Positions 58,455 to 64,000 of a DNA stretch of 64,000 nt are shown here, piece after piece. The DNA lies in assembly GCA_963851055.1 (NCBI GenBank), contig CAWKMY010000006.1, positions 14,663-78,662 of the forward strand. The letters are read 5' to 3'. The notes beneath the pieces were generated by a model. That model searched no databases and had not been told where the DNA came from. It was given only the letters and a program-made list of their open reading frames with translations. A program made the translations under genes and the position numbers. The first letter of the stretch is position 1; every line of letters begins with the position of its first letter. Origin of the DNA: an uncultured bacterium (GTDB lineage: Bacteria > Patescibacteriota > Minisyncoccia > Phycocordibacterales > PALSA-1337).

Positions 58455-60290
58455 CTACAAATGGCTTAATGAGATCGTCTTCTGTTGCCAGCCGCTCCCT
58501 ACGGTCACGCTACCAGAATATGGAGAATAACCGCTCGCGGATATCGAGACCGTGTAGGTGCCGGTCGAGAGTCCTTGGAACAGGACTTGTCCCGGCGGTA
58601 TACATCCGGAAGTATAAGCGAAGGAAACATTCGAGACCGCAGGAGTGACGGTGGCAGTGTTAGTGGTCAGATAGGCCTTATAGCGGGCAAACTCATTACT
58701 GTTATTTATGCTATTGATGGAGCCTCCCGGAACAGTGAAAAAGGTATTGGACGTTCCATCCGGACCGCTATAGCTCCAAGGACCGTTCGGACTGGAGCTG
58801 GGGGCCGTGGCGAACTGGAATTTCACCGGCGTAGTCCCGGCTTTGAGCGGCTGATTTATGGGAGCCCAATTGAAGATATAGAAATTACTGGTCGTACCGG
58901 TATCGAAAGTAGAAGATTCCAAAGTTCCCGTGGCGTTGGTTAGATACGGAGTCGAGCCACCGAGCCAATGCAAGACGATGTTGCCCGAAGAAGTGCCGGC
59001 GACAGTGGTGTCCACTCCACCGTTATTCGTGGCGTAAGCTTTTGGATCGATAAATGCGCCGTTCTGGGTCGGACCATCTGACCAATTTGATTGAGAGAGG
59101 TATCCTTGTCCGGTTATGAACGTGCTGTTATAGCTGCTTGGGCCCGTCAATTGGACAGTTGCGTTCGATATGGGCAACTTGCTGGAACCGTCCATTACGG
59201 AGATCATCAGACTGTTCGGGTTGTGAGGCACCACGGTCAGTTGGATATTCTGGACATTATTCGGATTGAGAACCACCGGACTGAATGGATTTATACCCGC
59301 AATATCGTATGTAGTGACGGTAGGCGTGATGTTATAAGTATCCCATTCCATATTATTCATATTCAGTAGGCCGCCGGAATTTGTGGAAAGGCTTGTCGCC
59401 GGATATTTCAACACTCCTACACCTATCAGCTTCGAGCCCGCCATGGAAAAACTGATATTCCCTGTCGGCACGCAAGTCGGCGAAACGCTGGTGAAATTGA
59501 GCGTGCTCAAGGCGTCTATGGATAAGCTCAGGCTAGTAACTTGTTGATTTAGCACGGTCGCATCAGGGTTGGTAGGGTTGGGATTGCCGGAACCGCCTAC
59601 GGGATAAGTCCTGTCAGTAGAGTAACCTTGTTTTGTCACGGTGATCCTATACATGCTAGCTCCGGGCGGTACGCCGATGACATTCAAAACGCCATTATCG
59701 TTGGTAACATCGGTATCCTGAACAGAAGAAGTTGCCAGACTCTGGATATTGACCGTGGCGCCTTGGACCGGTTGGCCGTTCGCGTTGAAGACGCTGACGA
59801 CGATGGCGCCACCGGTTGATGCAGATTGGAGATTGGCCGGGGAAACTTGGCCGGACAAAGCTATAGGCTGGAAATCCTTGCATGTCGGACAGGTGACATC
59901 TACCTCGACAATCTTGTCGCTAGCTTGAACGCTCGAGGTCGAAAGATTTATGTTGCGAATGGTCAGGCCTACGTTAAATGTATACCCGCCGCGTACCAAA
60001 GTAGTTGTCGCCGGCAAAATGCCCTGAGGTATGCCATTGGTGAGACCAACTGATACATATGGCATATTTCTGACGATCTCGAATTGCTCATCCGCCAATT
60101 CGACCGCCAATGTCCGAGACTGGCTACCACTCGACAATTGGATCAAACTTGTAAAAGCACTGTAAGAGGCAAGGCCAACCATTAGAAATATGGCCGTGCC
60201 AATCAGAACCTCGATCAATGAGAAACCTCGGGCTTTTTTCCCTCCTTTCCTCTTCCTTCTTTCTCCCTGCTTCATATTAATTAATGGCAT
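58455..60290 (-). CDS. Large prepilin-type protein with Ig/carboxypeptidase-regulatory-like repeats
   Basis: RG/FSLIEVL motif; S/T/N-rich beta domains. Confidence 0.8.
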   Translation of the reverse strand: MPLINMKQGERRKRKGGKKARGFSLIEVLIGTAIFLMVGLASYSAFTSLIQLSSGSQSRTLAVELADEQFEIVRNMPYVSVGLTNGIPQGILPATTTLVRGGYTFNVGLTIRNINLSTSSVQASDKIVEVDVTCPTCKDFQPIALSGQVSPANLQSASTGGAIVVSVFNANGQPVQGATVNIQSLATSSVQDTDVTNDNGVLNVIGVPPGASMYRITVTKQGYSTDRTYPVGGSGNPNPTNPDATVLNQQVTSLSLSIDALSTLNFTSVSPTCVPTGNISFSMAGSKLIGVGVLKYPATSLSTNSGGLLNMNNMEWDTYNITPTVTTYDIAGINPFSPVVLNPNNVQNIQLTVVPHNPNSLMISVMDGSSKLPISNATVQLTGPSSYNSTFITGQGYLSQSNWSDGPTQNGAFIDPKAYATNNGGVDTTVAGTSSGNIVLHWLGGSTPYLTNATGTLESSTFDTGTTSNFYIFNWAPINQPLKAGTTPVKFQFATAPSSSPNGPWSYSGPDGTSNTFFTVPGGSINSINNSNEFARYKAYLTTNTATVTPAVSNVSFAYTSGCIPPGQVLFQGLSTGTYTVSISASGYSPYSGSVTVGSGWQQKTISLSHL

Positions 60291-61497
60291 TGACCAAAGA
60301 ATACATCGGACTGATTATGGAAACGGCGAAGAAACCTACGGCCGCGCCGATGACTATCATCAGGAACGGCTCAATGACCGTGGACATATCCTTGGTCTTC
60401 TGATCGACGTCTTCTTCATAATATTTGGCCACACCGGAGAGCATTTCCCCTATTTTTCCAGTCTCCTCACCGACGGAAAGCATCTCCGCGAAGAATACCG
60501 GGTATAGCTTTTCATGTTGGCTGAAGACCTTCGACATCAGGTCGCCCTTCTTTATGGCTTCACCGGCTTGCTGCAACACGACCCGGAAATAAACGTTCTG
60601 GACGACGCCAGAAGTTATGTTCATGGACTCGACCACATCGACACCGGAGCTCAAAAGAGACGACAGGGTACGAGCCGTACGAGCGGTATTGACCTCCTGC
60701 ACCAAAGTGCCGATGATGGGGATCTTCAGGAGAACGGCGTGAATGATCTTCTTTCCCGAGGGCTTGCGAGACCACCATACATAAGCGGCAACAATTATTG
60801 TCACGCCGAGAAGCACGAACATGCCCTGATGTTGAACTACGTTGCTAATATCCAGGATGACCTGCGTAGCGAAAGGCAGCTGCACATTGAGGCTGGTGAA
60901 AGTGGAAAGAAGCGTCGGTATGACGAATATGAACATCAATATCGCTATGATGATCATAGCCGACAATATCACAGCCGGATACATGAGAGCGCCGCGGATG
61001 CGACGCTCCAGAGCGAATGTGCTCTCCATCTGTAAAGCCACTGCTTTTAGCGACTGGGCCAATGTGCCGCTCTGTTCGCCGGCGTGGACCATTGAGACCA
61101 GGAGAGAGGAAAAGACTTTCGGATGATGCGAGAGAGCTTCGGCGAATGTGGTGCCGCGATCTATATCGGCCATGACAGCGATGAGAACTTCCGTAAGGGC
61201 TTTGCTGTGAGACTGCTTCTGTAGCACGGACAGGCCCCGAGACAGTGCCAGACCCGCTTCTAACATCGAACCAAGGTTGCGGGCAAAGTTTATCTTGTCT
61301 ATCGTCTTGACTCTTTTCAGAAAACCCAAGTTTATATTTATTTTCAGGCCTTTATGAACTGACTTTTCCTCAACCGAGACCAGCTCATCTCCGCTCTCGC
61401 GGATGAGTCTGTAGAGCTCGTAGCGGTCGGCGGCATCGCGCTCGCTCTCGTAAACCTCTCCGCCTGGTTTTTTTGCTTTGAAAATGAAATGTGACAT
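60277..61497 (-). CDS. pilC: Type IV pilus platform protein PilC/GspF
   Basis: AGEQSGTL, ALMYP, VGEETG, IEP. Confidence 0.93.
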   Translation of the reverse strand: MSHFIFKAKKPGGEVYESERDAADRYELYRLIRESGDELVSVEEKSVHKGLKININLGFLKRVKTIDKINFARNLGSMLEAGLALSRGLSVLQKQSHSKALTEVLIAVMADIDRGTTFAEALSHHPKVFSSLLVSMVHAGEQSGTLAQSLKAVALQMESTFALERRIRGALMYPAVILSAMIIIAILMFIFVIPTLLSTFTSLNVQLPFATQVILDISNVVQHQGMFVLLGVTIIVAAYVWWSRKPSGKKIIHAVLLKIPIIGTLVQEVNTARTARTLSSLLSSGVDVVESMNITSGVVQNVYFRVVLQQAGEAIKKGDLMSKVFSQHEKLYPVFFAEMLSVGEETGKIGEMLSGVAKYYEEDVDQKTKDMSTVIEPFLMIVIGAAVGFFAVSIISPMYSLVNAIN

Positions 61498-61498
61498 A

Positions 61499-63247
61499 TT
61501 ATTCTGATACTACTCTTAATACTTCCTCTATAGTCGTCAATCCTGAGACGCACTTGAATATACCATCCTCCAACATGGTAAGCATGCCTTCGGACTTGGC
61601 CTGTTTCTCTATTTCCGATGAAGCGGCCCCTTTCATTATGAGGTCTTTGATGGTCTGACTCATCTTCAGGACTTCATGTATGCCTACGCGACCCTTGAAA
61701 CCGTCATCATCGCTTCCCGCCACAGGTTTATAAAATGTTATATCTTTCCAATCATCCTCGGGTTTGACTATTTTTTCCGCCTTGAGGACATCCAGAACGC
61801 GCTTCATATCCACGAGCTTCTCCAGTTGGGCAAATTCGGCTTTGGAAAGATAATACCTCTCTTTCCCGTCCGTCAGGCGCCGGACCAAACGCTGGCCGAT
61901 GACTATGTCCAGGGTCGAAACGAGAAGAAACGACTCTACTTTCATATCCAAGAGGCGTGGTATGGCTCCGGCGGCGCTATTGGTATGCAAGGTCGAAAGG
62001 ACCAAGTGGCCGGTCAGGGCGGCATTCACGGCCAAAGCCGCCGTCTCATTGTCGCGAATTTCACCCACCATGATGATGTCAGGATCTTGACGGACTAGAG
62101 TGCGTATTCCCTGGGCAAATGAAAATCCGATATCCGGCCGCACCTGGGTCTGATTGATGCGGGCCATCTGATATTCTATCGGATCCTCGATGGTGGAGAT
62201 ATTCACATCCGGCGTGTTCAATATATCCAGCATGGTGTAGAGAGTCGTAGTTTTACCGGAACCGGTCGGTCCGGTAGTCAGGATCATTCCCGTCGTCTGC
62301 TGTAATGCCTGATGTATTCTTTCCAAACTCTCGCCGTGGAATTGCAGAAATTCCAATGTGAAGCCGGATATGCTGTCGCGCAAGAGGCGCATAACTATCT
62401 TCTCGCCATAATAAGTCGGTAGTATAGACACGCGGAAAGAGACTTTTTCATTCGTCAGGTCCACTTTGAAGCGGCCGTCCTGCGGCAGACGCTTCTCATC
62501 GAGCTTCAGGTTCGAGAGCACCTTGATGCGGGCGGACACGGAAGGTCCGGCCTGCCTCGGGAGCACCATGGCGTCATGGAGAAGGCCGTCAATGCGATAA
62601 CGAACGAGCACCTGTTCTTCCATAGGCTCTATATGTATGTCAGAAGCATTCTGGAGGATAGCGTGCTTTATGAGGGTATCCACGATACGAACGACCGGCA
62701 GATCGTCGGCCAATTTTTTCAGGTCTTCTTCGGATGCCAGCTCGCCCTTCTCTTCCGATATCATCTTCAGAGTGTCTGTCTCCTTTTGGATGATATCTCC
62801 AAATTCCGCTTTAAGGGACTTCTGATATTGCACCAGAGCCTCTTTTATGGAATCGCTGTCCGTGAGCCTTGGCACGATCTTCAAGTTCACTTTCTTCTTT
62901 ATAAAATCGATAGCCGAAAGGTCGTTCACGTCCAACATGGCTACCTCGAGAGAGACATCGTTCTTCTTGAAAGCGACGATATTGTGAGTGCGAGCGATAG
63001 GCTCCGGTATGAGCGAGAGAGTCTCGAATGGCACTTTCTTGCCTTTGAGGTCGACAAATGGAATGCCCAGCACGTATGCCTGCATGCGCCGCAAGTTGTC
63101 GGCGGTTATCTTTCCTTGGGTCACGAGAATGTCGCCGAGGCGCTTATTCTGCTTGTCCGCATCCGTTTTGGCTTTCTCCAAGTCGTCCTTGGTGACGAGC
63201 CCCGAGTCGAGGATGAATTTATAGAGCTGGGTGTCTTCGATGAGCAT
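61499..63247 (-). CDS. pilB: Type IV pilus assembly ATPase PilB/GspE
   Basis: ASDIHIEP, RLPQDGR, GPTGSGKTT, RQDPDIIMVGEIRD, TGHLVLSTLHTN. Confidence 0.95.
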   Translation of the reverse strand: MLIEDTQLYKFILDSGLVTKDDLEKAKTDADKQNKRLGDILVTQGKITADNLRRMQAYVLGIPFVDLKGKKVPFETLSLIPEPIARTHNIVAFKKNDVSLEVAMLDVNDLSAIDFIKKKVNLKIVPRLTDSDSIKEALVQYQKSLKAEFGDIIQKETDTLKMISEEKGELASEEDLKKLADDLPVVRIVDTLIKHAILQNASDIHIEPMEEQVLVRYRIDGLLHDAMVLPRQAGPSVSARIKVLSNLKLDEKRLPQDGRFKVDLTNEKVSFRVSILPTYYGEKIVMRLLRDSISGFTLEFLQFHGESLERIHQALQQTTGMILTTGPTGSGKTTTLYTMLDILNTPDVNISTIEDPIEYQMARINQTQVRPDIGFSFAQGIRTLVRQDPDIIMVGEIRDNETAALAVNAALTGHLVLSTLHTNSAAGAIPRLLDMKVESFLLVSTLDIVIGQRLVRRLTDGKERYYLSKAEFAQLEKLVDMKRVLDVLKAEKIVKPEDDWKDITFYKPVAGSDDDGFKGRVGIHEVLKMSQTIKDLIMKGAASSEIEKQAKSEGMLTMLEDGIFKCVSGLTTIEEVLRVVSE

Positions 63248-63286
63248 GTTGGGTTAATTGTACCAGATTACTATTGTATGGCCTAC

Positions 63287-63547
63287 TCAAGTAATTTCAA
63301 TTGTGATAGTAAGCTCTTTAGACATATCTGGTACTGGGTTTTCACCCAAATAATCATTTTTGGGACGGAATTTGTGCATGAATTTGATCATTTCAAGATC
63401 TTCATCCTCCATTTCCTTAGAAAATATAATCTCCATAGCTAGACCAGCCTCTTCTTTGTCCATACGACCGTCCTCTAGCATCTTAAATACACAATTGATC
63501 GCTTCTGTGACTTTATCTGGCTTCATTTTTGTTTTATTTTTTCTCAT
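63287..63547 (-). CDS. Small hypothetical protein
   Basis: ORF between the dinD-like gene and pilB. Confidence 0.45.
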   Translation of the reverse strand: MRKNKTKMKPDKVTEAINCVFKMLEDGRMDKEEAGLAMEIIFSKEMEDEDLEMIKFMHKFRPKNDYLGENPVPDMSKELTITIEIT

Positions 63548-63559
63548 ATCTTCAAAAGA

Positions 63560-64000
63560 TTATTTTCTTTTAATCATTCCAAGTGCTTTCACCTCCTTCT
63601 TCAACTGCCGAATATGTTTTTCTGGTTTTAGATTCTCCGGCATTTCACTACCAAGATCTTTCATGGCTTTACGGACTCTTTTTCCCACATCAAAATGCGT
63701 TCGCCTTGAATCCAGGTCACCTTTGATGTTTTCACGTCTAAGTTTTGCTTCAGTTTGTGTTATACGGAACATGTTCGCACCCAATTCCTCCGAGCCGGCT
63801 CGGTCTAGCAATTGTCCTTTCGGTATCTGTTTCTTTGTTTCGATTTCTGTAAGAGACATACTGTATAGACCTTTGTATCCAGCATCATTAAATAGACCAA
63901 AATGCGAAACTCCCGCCAAACGGGCTGTGCTGAATAATAGTTTATTCTTGTCGCTGACTTCTTCGCGTTTCTGTATTCTCTTTTCGGCTTCTGACATCCC
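63560..64000 (-). CDS. dinD: DNA-damage-inducible protein D-like, 5' truncated by the window edge
   Basis: FNDAGYKGLY, LDRAGSEELGANMFRITQTEAKL, HFDVGKRVR, MPENL. Confidence 0.8.
   Translation of the reverse strand, partial: GMSEAEKRIQKREEVSDKNKLLFSTARLAGVSHFGLFNDAGYKGLYSMSLTEIETKKQIPKGQLLDRAGSEELGANMFRITQTEAKLRRENIKGDLDSRRTHFDVGKRVRKAMKDLGSEMPENLKPEKHIRQLKKEVKALGMIKRK

Overview
This window looks like a Patescibacteria (CPR, Parcubacteria-like) chromosome segment. It uses code 11, has no uL30 gene between rpsE and rplO, and most core genes lack Shine-Dalgarno sites. It carries tmRNA-smpB, infC-rpmI-rplT and the str/S10/spc ribosomal cluster (minus strand, rpsL to secY-adk-map), which is broken by six accessory insertions. 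It also has a split comEC pair, sod, rnhA, recJ, pgk, tpiA, a type IV pilus cluster and an intact IS481-like element with a 6-bp target-site duplication. The main discovery is a four-fold repeated architecture. A 61-bp operator-like array of 11-bp phased units (TTAGGCG/TTGAGCG) precedes four apparently leaderless transcription units, two of which begin with the two halves of comEC. Every unit ends in a predicted RNase toxin (three BECR-like, one MazF/PemK-like) with no adjacent protein antitoxin. Each toxin is faced by a convergent sigma70-type promoter driving a structured antisense RNA. This suggests a competence-coupled toxin/RNA-antitoxin regulon (inference). Other notable items are an orphan DGR-type variable gene, several candidate structured RNAs, a poly-G tract in the promoter of a large surface protein, and an EF-Tu with an atypical switch I. 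Single-base frameshifts in essential genes (rplC, fusA, smpB) indicate sequencing or assembly indels.
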